This document shows, piece by piece, positions 11,682 to 21,930 of a stretch of 64,000 nt of DNA. Where the stretch lies: positions 85,892-149,891 of the forward strand of contig CAVQXI010000006.1 in NCBI GenBank assembly GCA_963717875.1, read 5' to 3'. Source of the stretch: an uncultured Alphaproteobacteria bacterium (lineage in GTDB: Bacteria > Pseudomonadota > Alphaproteobacteria > Rhizobiales > Methyloligellaceae). The position numbers and the translations under genes were made by a program. Under the pieces are notes generated by a model. That model had not been told where the DNA came from. It did not search any database and saw only the letters and a list, made by a program, of their open reading frames with translations. How positions within the stretch are numbered: the first letter of the stretch is position 1; every line of letters begins with the position of its first letter.

Positions 11682-12749
11682 TTGAGCGCTTTCCATTCCA
11701 GAAAGTTTAGCGGAACTCAGGCAGAGCCCCCTCAGGCGACCGAAGGCGCCGCGGCCTTGATCGCCGAGAGCCGCAAAGCCCGCGCCGACAAGACGTGGAT
11801 TGTCACCGACGGCTCGGTCGGCATGGAGGCCCAAGGCATCGCCGTGGCCGAGGCCGTCGGCCTGCCGTTTACCTTGAAGCGGGTGCGAACCAAGGGCGCC
11901 GTGCGGCTTCTCCCGGCCCCGCTCCAGCTCCTCGTGCCGGTGAAGACGCTGTTACGTGCAGTGGAGTCCAACGAGGCGCTCGAGCCCCCTTGGCCGCGCC
12001 TCATCATCTCCATCGGACGCCGGAGCGTGCCGATCGCACTCGCCATCAAGCGGCTTTCGGGCGCTTACGCGCTCCACATCCAGAACCCGAAAGTGCCCGC
12101 GCGGCTGTTCGACCTCGTGGCGGCGCCCGCCCACGACAATTTCGACGGCCCGAATGTCATCACGACGTTCGGCGCCGTGCACAGCGTGACCCAAGAGCGG
12201 CTTGCCGAGGCCGGCAAGAGCTTCGCGCCGCGTATCGAGGCTCTGCCGCATCCGCGCATCGCCGTGCTGCTTGGCGGCGAGAGCCAGTCCTTCAGCTTTC
12301 CGCCCGAGGCTGCGACCGGCTTTGGCGCCAAGCTCGCGATGCTGGCGCGCGAGACAGGCGGCTCACTCCTCGTGACGCCCTCGCGTCGCACCCGCGCGGA
12401 CTCGCTTGCGGAGCTGTCTCGCGCCATCGATGGCGTACCTAATTTCGTCTGGGACGGCACCGGCGACAATCCTTACTTCGCCTTCCTGTCACTCTCAGAT
12501 GCCATCGTCGCGACCGAGGATTCGGTCAACATGGTCACCGAGGCGGCCGGTACCGGCAAACCGGTTTATGTCCAGTCCCTGCCTGGCCGCTCGACCCGGC
12601 TCTCCCGCTTTCACGCGTTGATGCGCGAGCGCGGAGCGACCCGGCCCTTCGAAGGGCACCTGGAATCGTGGAGCTATGCACCGATCAACGACACCGAGGT
12701 GGTCGCGTCCCATATCCGCCGCGCGCTTGGCCTCGACACCAAGACGTGA
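11682..12749 (+). CDS. ELM1 / mitochondrial-fission-like family protein (start uncertain)
   Basis: WIVTDG..GMEAQ, PPWPRLIISIGRR, HIQNP, TPSRRT, NPYFAFL, TEDSVNMVTEA. Confidence 0.85.
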   Translation: MSAFHSRKFSGTQAEPPQATEGAAALIAESRKARADKTWIVTDGSVGMEAQGIAVAEAVGLPFTLKRVRTKGAVRLLPAPLQLLVPVKTLLRAVESNEALEPPWPRLIISIGRRSVPIALAIKRLSGAYALHIQNPKVPARLFDLVAAPAHDNFDGPNVITTFGAVHSVTQERLAEAGKSFAPRIEALPHPRIAVLLGGESQSFSFPPEAATGFGAKLAMLARETGGSLLVTPSRRTRADSLAELSRAIDGVPNFVWDGTGDNPYFAFLSLSDAIVATEDSVNMVTEAAGTGKPVYVQSLPGRSTRLSRFHALMRERGATRPFEGHLESWSYAPINDTEVVASHIRRALGLDTKT

Positions 12750-12817
12750 CCGGCCGCGACCGCGGAGCGGGGTTGCGTGAGCGCGTCCTTGTGCTTACCT
12801 CTTCGCTTCCGCTCTAA

Positions 12818-13798
<981 letters not shown>

Positions 13799-13805
13799 CA
13801 GCGAC

Positions 13806-15521
13806 CTAGAACCACACCGACGCGACGCCGTAGAGGCTTTCGCCCGCCACGAGCCCAGCCGCCAAGCTCAACAGGAAACGTGACGCCCAGCGCGGCGCGA
13901 GCCAATGAGCCACGCTTGCCAGAGCTGCGCCCAAGAACAGGGTGATCGAGGTGCCTGCCGGGATGACGAAGGCGAGCCCGACCGTCGTGCCGCTCGGCAC
14001 CATTAAGAGCCACCGCCCGGTCACCCGCCGCTCGACCAAAGCCAGCACCACGCCGAGGACGCCAGCGATCGCCATGGCTATCAGCGCCGACTGGGGGATG
14101 CCCGACAGCCCGACGGCCAGCGTCTCCGCTACCGCCTTCCAGGTGGCGACGGCCGGCGCCGGCCATTCCGGCGTGAGGAGTTGGTGCGCGGGATCTGAAA
14201 TCAGCGAGAGGTAGACGAGACTGCCGATCACACTGCCCATGACCACGCCGCCGCATTGCGCCACCACCTGCCGCGCCGGGCTCGCGCCCACCTCGTAGCC
14301 CGCGCGGAAATCGTTGAGCAGGTCGGCGCTCTGCCCGGCCGCGCCGCCCGCCACGTTCGCCGTCATCAGATTGGTGATGGGCTGGCCCGGCGCCATGGCA
14401 CCGAACGAAAGCTGCGACACCTTGCCGATGGCGCCGATCGGCGCCACCGAGGTTTCGCCGACGACGCGCGCCGCGACGGTGGCGAGCACGAAGGCAAGCG
14501 GAATGGCGACGATCGCCATGGTCCAGTGAATGCCGAACAGCACGATCTGCAGCACCACGGTCAGCGCCGCGGCGAGTGCGAACACGCCGAGCCGCACAAG
14601 AGATCCCGATTCGCGCGCCGGCTTTTCGGTCTCGGCGCCCCTCCCCCGCGCGCTACCGATCAAGGCAGCGGCGAAGCTCGTCAGGCTCGCCGTCACCATC
14701 ATGGTCACGCCGGGCCACAGCAGCCAGCCCACCAGCGCCTGGAACCAGCTCTCATCCGCATCGGCGACCTCGACGATTCCGTGTGAGATCAGCTCCGGCC
14801 CGATCACGCCCCAGGCGATGAGCGCGCCCGACAACAGACCGAGCCCGGCGCGCAAGCCGATAATGCTGCCGAAGCCGAGCAGAAGCAGCGACGGGTCGAA
14901 GGCCAGCGTCAGCTTCTTCGCCGTGAGCGACGGTGCCAGCCGCGGGATCTGCCACAGCACGTCGTCGACGATGTTGAACACCACCGCGCCGGCCAAGCTC
15001 GACAGCAGCACGGCAACGCGCTTCATCGTCTCGCGTCCATGGCTGAACATGTCGCGCATGGTTTCCGCCGTCGCCATGCCGGCGGGAAACACCAGGTGCG
15101 ACTGCACGATCAGACGCGGCCGCAAATACCAGCCGACCCACACGCCGAGAAAGCTCACCGCGAACACCCACGCCGTAAGCATCGGCCAGGGCAGATTGCC
15201 GCCGGTCATGATCGCCAGCGCCGGGATCGGCGCCACCAGCCCGCTCGAGGCGATCGCGGCCGCCGCCGAAGCCGCGGTCTGATTGATGTTGCTTTCGAGC
15301 ATGTCCCACGGCGCCAGCCCGAAGAGGCGCGTGACCGGCGCCCAGAACGCGTAGGCGAGCAGCAGCGCGGTGATCGACATGTTGAAGGTCCAGCCGATCT
15401 TGAGCCCCGAATAGACGTTGCACGGCGCCAGCAGCGCGCCGAGGATCATGCCGGTGGCGAGCGCGCGCAGCGTGAGCTCGCGGCCGCCCGCGCGCGCGAT
15501 GGAATCGGTCGTGGTTGCCAT
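13806..15521 (-). CDS. OPT-family oligopeptide transporter
   Basis: ELTLRAL, NVYSGLKIG, LESNINQTAAS, FPAGMATAE, DLLNDFRAG, GLVAGESL; many TM helices. Confidence 0.9.
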   Translation of the reverse strand: MATTTDSIARAGGRELTLRALATGMILGALLAPCNVYSGLKIGWTFNMSITALLLAYAFWAPVTRLFGLAPWDMLESNINQTAASAAAAIASSGLVAPIPALAIMTGGNLPWPMLTAWVFAVSFLGVWVGWYLRPRLIVQSHLVFPAGMATAETMRDMFSHGRETMKRVAVLLSSLAGAVVFNIVDDVLWQIPRLAPSLTAKKLTLAFDPSLLLLGFGSIIGLRAGLGLLSGALIAWGVIGPELISHGIVEVADADESWFQALVGWLLWPGVTMMVTASLTSFAAALIGSARGRGAETEKPARESGSLVRLGVFALAAALTVVLQIVLFGIHWTMAIVAIPLAFVLATVAARVVGETSVAPIGAIGKVSQLSFGAMAPGQPITNLMTANVAGGAAGQSADLLNDFRAGYEVGASPARQVVAQCGGVVMGSVIGSLVYLSLISDPAHQLLTPEWPAPAVATWKAVAETLAVGLSGIPQSALIAMAIAGVLGVVLALVERRVTGRWLLMVPSGTTVGLAFVIPAGTSITLFLGAALASVAHWLAPRWASRFLLSLAAGLVAGESLYGVASVWF

Positions 15522-15733
15522 CCCGCGCTTGGTGCCACGAACGCCCGCGTTCACCAACCCTTGAGGATCCTGGGGCGGCGCCCTCCCATCCGCGCTATCC
15601 AAGGACCGCCGGGGCAAGCGTTCCTTAAGGGGCGCTGGCATAGCCTCAGCTGCGGAAAATGCTGTAATCTAGGGCCGCTACCGAAGCGGGCCGAGAGCCG
15701 GCAACCCAGGAAAACCGGGCTTAAGGGGAATTC

Positions 15734-16114
15734 ATGGCAGACAAGCAGATGTTCGAGATCCCGCCAGAGATGCGCGATCTCGCCGAGAAGAACGTCGAGC
15801 AGGCGCGCGTGGCCTATGGCCAGTTCATGGAGTTCATGAGCCAGGCCATGAATGCCTGGTCCTCCGCCGGACCTGAGGCGGGGAACTTTGCGGCTCTGCA
15901 AGAGCGCGCCATCACCTTCGCCAAGGAGAACGCCGAGCGCTCCTTCGGGCTCGCCAGCGACCTCGCCCAGGCCAAGGACATGCAGGAGGTCGTGACCCTG
16001 CAGAGCCGCTACGTGCAGACCCAGATGCAGACCTTCGGCATCCAGGCCCAGCAGCTCTCCTGGCTCATGGCCGACGCCTTCCGCAACATGCAGACCAAGC
16101 CGCCCAAGGGCTGA
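15734..16114 (+). CDS. Phasin (PHA granule-associated protein)
   Basis: FEIPPEMRDLAEKNVEQAR...LAQAKDMQEVVTLQSRYV. Confidence 0.9.
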   Translation: MADKQMFEIPPEMRDLAEKNVEQARVAYGQFMEFMSQAMNAWSSAGPEAGNFAALQERAITFAKENAERSFGLASDLAQAKDMQEVVTLQSRYVQTQMQTFGIQAQQLSWLMADAFRNMQTKPPKG

Positions 16115-16146
16115 AACGCTGGCGCGGTCTTGGAAACTGCGCTCGC

Positions 16147-16641
16147 CTAGCCCGCCTTGCGCCGCTGGTCCACGCCACGCGCCACCTGCTCCTTGATCGG
16201 CCGAGCCGCATCGGCGGTCACCTGGGTCGACAGCTTCCGCACCTCCTCCGCTTGGTCCGCGAGCGCGCCGAACTGCTTCTGCCAATAGGCCGCTTGCAGT
16301 TCCATGGCCTCGGCGAGGGTCTTGGCCCCGGCCAGGCTCTTCGCAAGATCCAATCCGGAATTGACGTTGCGCTGGGCGATCTCGATGACCTTATGGTTCA
16401 ACGCGATGGCGCCTTGGCCCATGGAGTTGAAGGACCGCTCCATAGTCGCCAATGCGCCTTCGAAAGCGTCCTTGGAGTGCTCATACACCTCGCGTGTTTG
16501 CGCAACGTTCTTCTCGGCAAGGACGCGCATCGCCTCCGAGAGGGGATTTCCGAAGGTCAAATTCTCAAATTGGGCGGCTGTCGTGGGGTATGCATCGCGC
16601 ACCTTCTCGGCGGCGATTTGGGGGTTGAAGGACTTGTTCAT
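16147..16641 (-). CDS. Phasin (second, convergent)
   Basis: MRVLAEKNVAQTRE...LAGAKTLAEAMELQAAYWQKQF. Confidence 0.88.
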   Translation of the reverse strand: MNKSFNPQIAAEKVRDAYPTTAAQFENLTFGNPLSEAMRVLAEKNVAQTREVYEHSKDAFEGALATMERSFNSMGQGAIALNHKVIEIAQRNVNSGLDLAKSLAGAKTLAEAMELQAAYWQKQFGALADQAEEVRKLSTQVTADAARPIKEQVARGVDQRRKAG

Positions 16642-16720
16642 GGTAGGCCTCTTTGGTTTAGGTCGCAGGAAATCGAAGCCTTGCGCCTCGGGGGCATGTC
16701 GCGGAGAGGAGTTCTCGGCG

Positions 16721-16957
16721 TCAGTTCAGCAGCAGGCCTTCAAGGGCCCACTCTTGAAGCTCAACGGGATCGGTCACCCCATCCGCAGCAAGCGCCATGA
16801 GCTTAAGACTGAGGGTCGTCTTGAGTTCCGTATCGCTTTCAAAATCACGAAATGGATCGCAAGACTGAAGCATCAACCAGCTCGAATCGAAGGCCTGGCT
16901 CAAGGCCTTGAGTGTCTTCGGATCGTATAGATCAAGTCGGGGGTTTTGAGGGTTCAT
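16721..16957 (-). CDS. Small hypothetical protein (YDPxTL..L..AFD..W...G..DP type)
   Basis: 78 aa with GGGAG RBS; helical pattern resembling small Hyphomicrobiales hypotheticals. Confidence 0.65.
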   Translation of the reverse strand: MNPQNPRLDLYDPKTLKALSQAFDSSWLMLQSCDPFRDFESDTELKTTLSLKLMALAADGVTDPVELQEWALEGLLLN

Positions 16958-17039
16958 AACACTCCCTCTGCCTTGCAGGCGGGAGTTCTTAGGCTCTCAG
17001 CCGCCGGTGCCTGTTATTGCGCTTACCGGCGATAGCGCA

Positions 17040-17715
17040 GCATGCGCCTTTCCGCGGCGCATAGCGAGTTGAGAGATGCCCCAGGCTCGCAAAGCGCCCT
17101 TTTGAGCGCGCCCCACGGGCATCTGCCCGCGAGGCTGAGTAGGGAACCCCGAAGGGGACGGCGCGCCAAAACCCCTCGCCGCGGCACCGCTGCGAGTCCT
17201 GTCAAAGAGCGTGCCCCCAAGAGGGGGATGGCGCGCCGAGAAGCGCAATCCTTTTGGCTCGTGCCTTTCGGCACGCGGGCGCCTCGCGGCGCGCCACACG
17301 CGCTCAAGCAGCGAAGCGATAGCGCATCAAAAATGCGCCAACGCAACCAACCCGAACGCATGCTATTTGCGGCGTCTTATCGGCGTCGGGCCCCGCTTCT
17401 CAGTGGCCTTTTGCGCGTTGGGCCGTCGAACCGGAGCACGAGAAACACGCGCTCAAGTAGGCCGAAGGCCGGTAGCGCCAAGAACACGTCCCAGCCAGCT
17501 TCTGGCGGGGGCTCCTAGTGGCCCCGGGGGGTGACTCCGGCACCGCCCGGGAGCTTCATTGCGCATGAAACCCGCAGGCGCCGCACCCCGTCCCGCGATC
17601 AAGACGCCTCTAGAGCGCGCCCCTCAAACGGACGAGGTGATGCGATCATAAGGCCGGTTTGAGAGGCGGGGATAAGCCCTTCATTTCTTCGTCACCCCCC
17701 GGCCATGACGAAGGA
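17040..17715. other. Highly structured non-coding element (candidate ncRNA or non-autonomous repeat)
   Basis: No credible CDS; nested stems 17230-17295 and 17584-17639; 13-nt direct repeat at 17296 and 17445; REP-like hairpin 17687-17713. Confidence 0.45.
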
Positions 17716-17750
17716 GAAGATACCGACGCTCGGTCGTGCGGAGGATAAGG

Positions 17751-17846
17751 TCAGGGAACCAGGAAGAACGCGATCGTAAAGCCAATCACGATACCGCAAA
17801 GCACGATGATGAGATAAGCGCGGCTGCCGGGATTGTGCTGCGCCAT
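17751..17846 (-). CDS. 31-aa single-TM small protein
   Basis: MAQHNPGSRAYLIIVLCGIVIGFTIAFFLVP; GGGAGG RBS; below the ORF-track cutoff. Confidence 0.55.
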   Translation of the reverse strand: MAQHNPGSRAYLIIVLCGIVIGFTIAFFLVP

Positions 17847-17875
17847 GGTTCGCCCTCCCCGCGGCTATGACGTCA

Positions 17876-18076
17876 TCAGTCGTCGCAGAGGCTGACGAAC
17901 TCGAGGCCCTGTTCGGCGCAGATCGCGTGCGCCTCGTCCTCGCTGCCGGCCTCGATCAGCACCACCATCGGCCCTTCGAGCGCGAGGAACTTCACGCGCT
18001 CGGGCTTACGGGCCCGCCCCACGCGGACGACGCTGACGCTCATGCGCTCGGTTGCAAGCCTGGATCGATCTGCCAT
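17876..18076 (-). CDS. Hypothetical protein (66 aa)
   Basis: Plausible composition and GC-rich codon usage; lies directly upstream of the 31-aa gene. Confidence 0.45.
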   Translation of the reverse strand: MADRSRLATERMSVSVVRVGRARKPERVKFLALEGPMVVLIEAGSEDEAHAICAEQGLEFVSLCDD

Positions 18077-18325
18077 GCCGGAATCATGCCTGATTCGCGG
18101 GGATTTGGCTCTCTGCCTTACACGATTGCCAAGGCCGGAAAAGGCACGGTAGCTTAGCAGGGATAAGGAAAGCGGCGTCCTCTAAGAGATGGGGCAGCTT
18201 AGAGGCGGAACGCGCCCGAGGCTGGCCCAGGCCTTCGAGGGCGAACACCAAAGCGGAAACATCTCAAGGATGGCGGTTCGGCTGCGCGATGCGACCCGGG
18301 CCTCCGATGAAAACGGAAGGCCCTG

Positions 18326-19135
18326 ATGGCGCATGATCGATTGGTGACGGCGGCGCTCGCCGCCGTGGTCCTCCTCGTTGCTTCCCCGGCCCTGGCAGCC
18401 CAATGCGGCAACAATTCCGCCGGTTTCGAGACCTGGAAACGGCAATTCGCCCAAGAGGCGCAAGCCCACGGCATCGGCCAGCGCGGCATCAGCGCGCTCA
18501 TGGCCACGTCCTATTCCACCGGCACCATCCGCGCCGACCGCGGCCAGCACAGCTTCAAGCTCAGCCTCGACCAGTTCATGGCCAAGCGCGGCGGCCCGGC
18601 CATCGCCGCCAAGGGCAAGCGGATGAAGGCCGCCAACGCGGCGCTGTTCAACGCCATCGAGAAACGCTACGGCGTGCCGCCCGGGCCGTTGATCGCCATC
18701 TGGGGCATGGAGACCGGCTTCGGCGGCTTCACCGGCAACCAGCACACGCTCTCCGCCGTGGCGACGCTGGCTTATGACTGCCGCCGGCCGGAATATTTCA
18801 CCGGCCATCTTTACGCGGCACTCCAGCTCGTCGACCGCGGCGTGTTGAACCCCGCCCAGCGCGGTGCCATGCACGGCGAGGTGGGCCAGACCCAGTTCCT
18901 GCCGAAGTCGATCCTGCTCTACGCGGTCGACGGCGACGGCAACGGCCGCATCGATCTCAACACCAAGGCCGACGCGCTCGCCTCCACGGCGAACTTCCTG
19001 CGCGGCCACGGCTGGCAGCCGGGCGCCGGCTATCAGCCCGGCCAGCCCAACTTCGCCGCCATCCAAGGGTGGAATGCGGCGGGCGTCTATCAGCAGGCCA
19101 TCGCCATTATCGGCAGGCAGATCGACGGCGGCTGA
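18326..19135 (+). CDS. Lytic murein transglycosylase (MltB / SLT_2 family)
   Basis: Signal peptide; IAIWGMETGFG, ATLAYDCRR, GEVGQTQFLP, DGDGNGRIDL. Confidence 0.92.
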   Translation: MAHDRLVTAALAAVVLLVASPALAAQCGNNSAGFETWKRQFAQEAQAHGIGQRGISALMATSYSTGTIRADRGQHSFKLSLDQFMAKRGGPAIAAKGKRMKAANAALFNAIEKRYGVPPGPLIAIWGMETGFGGFTGNQHTLSAVATLAYDCRRPEYFTGHLYAALQLVDRGVLNPAQRGAMHGEVGQTQFLPKSILLYAVDGDGNGRIDLNTKADALASTANFLRGHGWQPGAGYQPGQPNFAAIQGWNAAGVYQQAIAIIGRQIDGG

Positions 19136-19743
19136 TGACGCGCCGCAAGCCTTCCCGCAACAAGCCTTCCGGCCCATCGACACCCACGACGGGCACACGC
19201 AGCCAATCCCTCTCCAAGGCCCTTGCCAGCAGTCTCGGCAAGGTCATCGCGCTGGTGCTGGTGCTCGGCCTCGTGCTCCTGATCAACCACTATTGCAGCA
19301 TCCAACCGGAGCCCTTCGGGCCCGACGCTCATGTCGTCTCGATCGACGGCGATACGCTGCGCGCCGGGAACGGCGCCGCGTACCGCCTGTTCGGCGTCGA
19401 CGCGCCGGAGTTGAAGCAGACCTGCGAGGAGGCGAACGGCAAGTCGTGGCTGTGCGGCCGCGCCGCCAAGGCGAAGCTGACCACGCTCATCAAGGGCGGC
19501 AACGTGACGTGCGAGGAAAAGGACAAAGACCGCTATGGCCGCGTGGTCGCGGTGTGCAGCGCCGCAGGCGTGCTGGATCTCGGCGAGGCCATGGTGCTCG
19601 ACGGCTACGCCATCGATCTCGCCTCCCAAGGCAATCCTTATGCCCAGGCCGAGACGGAGGCACGCGAAGCAAAGCGCGGCATCTGGCGGGGCACGTTCCA
19701 GGAGCCCGCGAAATGGCGCCTGGCGCACCCGCGGACCGACTGA
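19135..19743 (+). CDS. Thermonuclease (SNase) family protein, membrane-anchored
   Basis: IDGDTL, RLFGVDAPE, DRYGR, EAREAKRGIW; N-terminal TM; TGATG coupling. Confidence 0.9.
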   Translation: MTRRKPSRNKPSGPSTPTTGTRSQSLSKALASSLGKVIALVLVLGLVLLINHYCSIQPEPFGPDAHVVSIDGDTLRAGNGAAYRLFGVDAPELKQTCEEANGKSWLCGRAAKAKLTTLIKGGNVTCEEKDKDRYGRVVAVCSAAGVLDLGEAMVLDGYAIDLASQGNPYAQAETEAREAKRGIWRGTFQEPAKWRLAHPRTD

Positions 19744-19862
19744 CGCGCTGAAAACCGCCCCCCTCGCCTCCTTCCAAACCGGCGACCCGTGTGGTTCAAT
19801 TCCTCCAAGCGTTGGGAGGCGCACTCGAAACCCAAAACTGGTGCCAGAGGATGGGGGATCCG

Positions 19863-20111
19863 ATGAAACGACTAGCGCTTGCTCTCGTATTGTCCGGCTT
19901 GATGCTCGCAACAGCCCAAAGCGCTCAGGCTGAGGGGCGCCGGATGATCGTCTTCGCGCTCTACGGCGCCGCCGGCACCACCGGCAGCACGGCGACCACC
20001 ACGGTGATCGATTTCACCACCCAGGTCGCCTGCCGGGAGGCGCGGGACGAGCTCCGGCGCAATGCCAGAGCGCCGGGATTCGGCATCTTCGTCACCTGCG
20101 TCGAGCCCTAG
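19863..20111 (+). CDS. Small secreted hypothetical protein
   Basis: Signal peptide MKRLALAL...AQA; two Cys (FTTQVAC...TCV); GGGGG RBS. Confidence 0.6.
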   Translation: MKRLALALVLSGLMLATAQSAQAEGRRMIVFALYGAAGTTGSTATTTVIDFTTQVACREARDELRRNARAPGFGIFVTCVEP

Positions 20112-20349
20112 GACAAGCCCACCGAAGGCAGCATCGACCGCGACTCCTCTCTCCTTGAACGAGAGGGACCGGACACGTGCGGCCTGGGCGCGGCAATGTG
20201 CGGCCCTTCCCGCCATTCGGTAACGCGTTCTCGCCTGAATGTGACAGGGTGTGAAGCGAGCCCCGCCTCAAGCACTGATAGCTTTTGCCGTTCGCCTTTG
20301 ACCATCAAGGCGAGCCAGGGAATAGCTTTCAAACAGTGGGAGTGGAAAC

Positions 20350-20607
20350 ATGAAGCTCAATGGAAAATCTGGCGCGGCAATCGCGGGTGCGGCGGCTTTG
20401 TTGGTGATCAGCGCGGCCGGCCCGTTGGCGCCGGCCGCCGCCAACTACGACGTGAAGTGCTTCGGGCTCAATTCCTGTAAGGGCCACGGCCAATGCAAAT
20501 CGCTGGCTAATTCGTGCAAAGGCCAGAATAGCTGCAAGGGCAAAGGCTTTCTCATGATGGACAAAGCCACCTGCCTGTCCAAGGGCGGAACCTTGACCCT
20601 AGGCTAG
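20350..20607 (+). CDS. Bufferin-like (BufA2-type) secreted Cys-rich RiPP precursor
   Basis: Signal peptide then VKCFGLNSCKGHGQCKSLANSCKGQNSCKGKG...CLSKGG (6 Cys, repeated NSCKG). Confidence 0.8.
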   Translation: MKLNGKSGAAIAGAAALLVISAAGPLAPAAANYDVKCFGLNSCKGHGQCKSLANSCKGQNSCKGKGFLMMDKATCLSKGGTLTLG

Positions 20608-20700
20608 GCCATCGGCGAGACGAGACTCCTAGGCTCCCGAGCCCCGGAGTCTCGGCTCACTCTTCTCTTCAGCGTCCTTCGTAAGGCTGCCTTTGGCCTG

Positions 20701-21930
20701 CTAGGCGGCCTTCGCGTAGTAGGACTTGAGCTGGTTCATCACCTGCTGCTTGTCGAACTCGGCGCCCATGGCGAGCATGGCGTCGGCGAAGCGGCTCGTG
20801 ATTTCGGTGATCTGCTCAGGGCTGAGCTGGTTCAGGATACCGATACGCACCTGCACCGGCTCCGACAGGGTCGGCCAGATGCCGAAGCCTTGCGCGCGGG
20901 CGCCCTGCACCAGCTCCTTCTCCTTGCCGGCGAGCTTGCCCGGCAGGTTGAGCACGACGAGGCTCGTCATGTTCGAGGTCACCTCGCAGCCCATGGCCTC
21001 GACGGCCTGACGCAGCGCCTTCTCGTGATAGGCGTAGTCTGAGGCTTTGCGGCGGCGGCCGTAGCCGAGAATGATGCGTAGCGCCTCGTGGAACGAGGCG
21101 ACCGCGTAGCACGAATGGGTCTGGTGATAGCCGGGCGTATCCACGTCCTTGCCGTCGATGATGCCCCAGTGGCGGGCATCGAGGATCGGATGGTTCACAT
21201 AGGTGCGGCAGCCCCGCGTCTTCACCACCTCGATGGCCTTGTCGGTGAAGCTGACCGGCGCATAGGTGAGCGGCAGCGCCAGCACGCCCTTCTGCGGACA
21301 CGACGCCCAGGCGACCACGCCCGGATAGTCGTCGATATTGAAGTCGCCGACGCCGAGGCTCGACACGGCATCGACGATACCCATGACGCCGTGCTTCACG
21401 CAGGCGTCGGAGAAGCCCTTGAGGTCGTTGATGCGGCCGGAGCCCGTCTCCCAATGAGCCATGAACGCCCACATGGGCTTGTGCTCGGCGAGCGCCTTGT
21501 CGACGGTCTCGCCGGTGACCGACTGGCCGTGCGGCGTCTCGACCACCGTCACACTCGCCGCCTTCGGGTTGAGCGGATCGGCGGCCAGCTCCTCGGCGGT
21601 CGCCGCCTTCATGCGGATGGTCAGGCTGTCGATACCGGAGAAGGTGCCGTTCGGGAAGACCACCACCTTGTCGCCCGGAAGGATCATGCTGAGCACGCAG
21701 TCGAGCCCGTCGAAGCCGGTGCCGGCGACGCCATAGGTATAGACGTTCTTGGTGCCCCACAGCTCCCGGAGCATCAGCTTTGCCTCGATCATGCCGCGGA
21801 GCACGTCCTTCTGCATGTGATCGGCCACGCCGCTCGCGGCGAAGCGCTGGAGCACGCGCGGATCGGTGTTCCCCGGCCCGGGGCCGGCGGCAAGGGTCTC
21901 GGGGATTTCAAGCTGCGGGAATACGGTCAT
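20701..21930 (-). CDS. Class V PLP aminotransferase (alanine/serine-glyoxylate family)
   Basis: GPGP, HWETGSG, VDAVSSLG, PLP-lysine in SCPQKG, RIG at the C-terminus. Confidence 0.88.
   Translation of the reverse strand: MTVFPQLEIPETLAAGPGPGNTDPRVLQRFAASGVADHMQKDVLRGMIEAKLMLRELWGTKNVYTYGVAGTGFDGLDCVLSMILPGDKVVVFPNGTFSGIDSLTIRMKAATAEELAADPLNPKAASVTVVETPHGQSVTGETVDKALAEHKPMWAFMAHWETGSGRINDLKGFSDACVKHGVMGIVDAVSSLGVGDFNIDDYPGVVAWASCPQKGVLALPLTYAPVSFTDKAIEVVKTRGCRTYVNHPILDARHWGIIDGKDVDTPGYHQTHSCYAVASFHEALRIILGYGRRRKASDYAYHEKALRQAVEAMGCEVTSNMTSLVVLNLPGKLAGKEKELVQGARAQGFGIWPTLSEPVQVRIGILNQLSPEQITEITSRFADAMLAMGAEFDKQQVMNQLKSYYAKAA

Noticed and set aside
17000-17540. ORFs of 100-158 aa across the structured intergenic element
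   Set aside because: Arg/Ala/Pro-rich, mutually overlapping, with no convincing RBS or motif.
19788-19808. GGTTCAATTCC, resembling a tRNA T-loop
   Set aside because: Flanks do not form a T-stem and no cloverleaf can be built.
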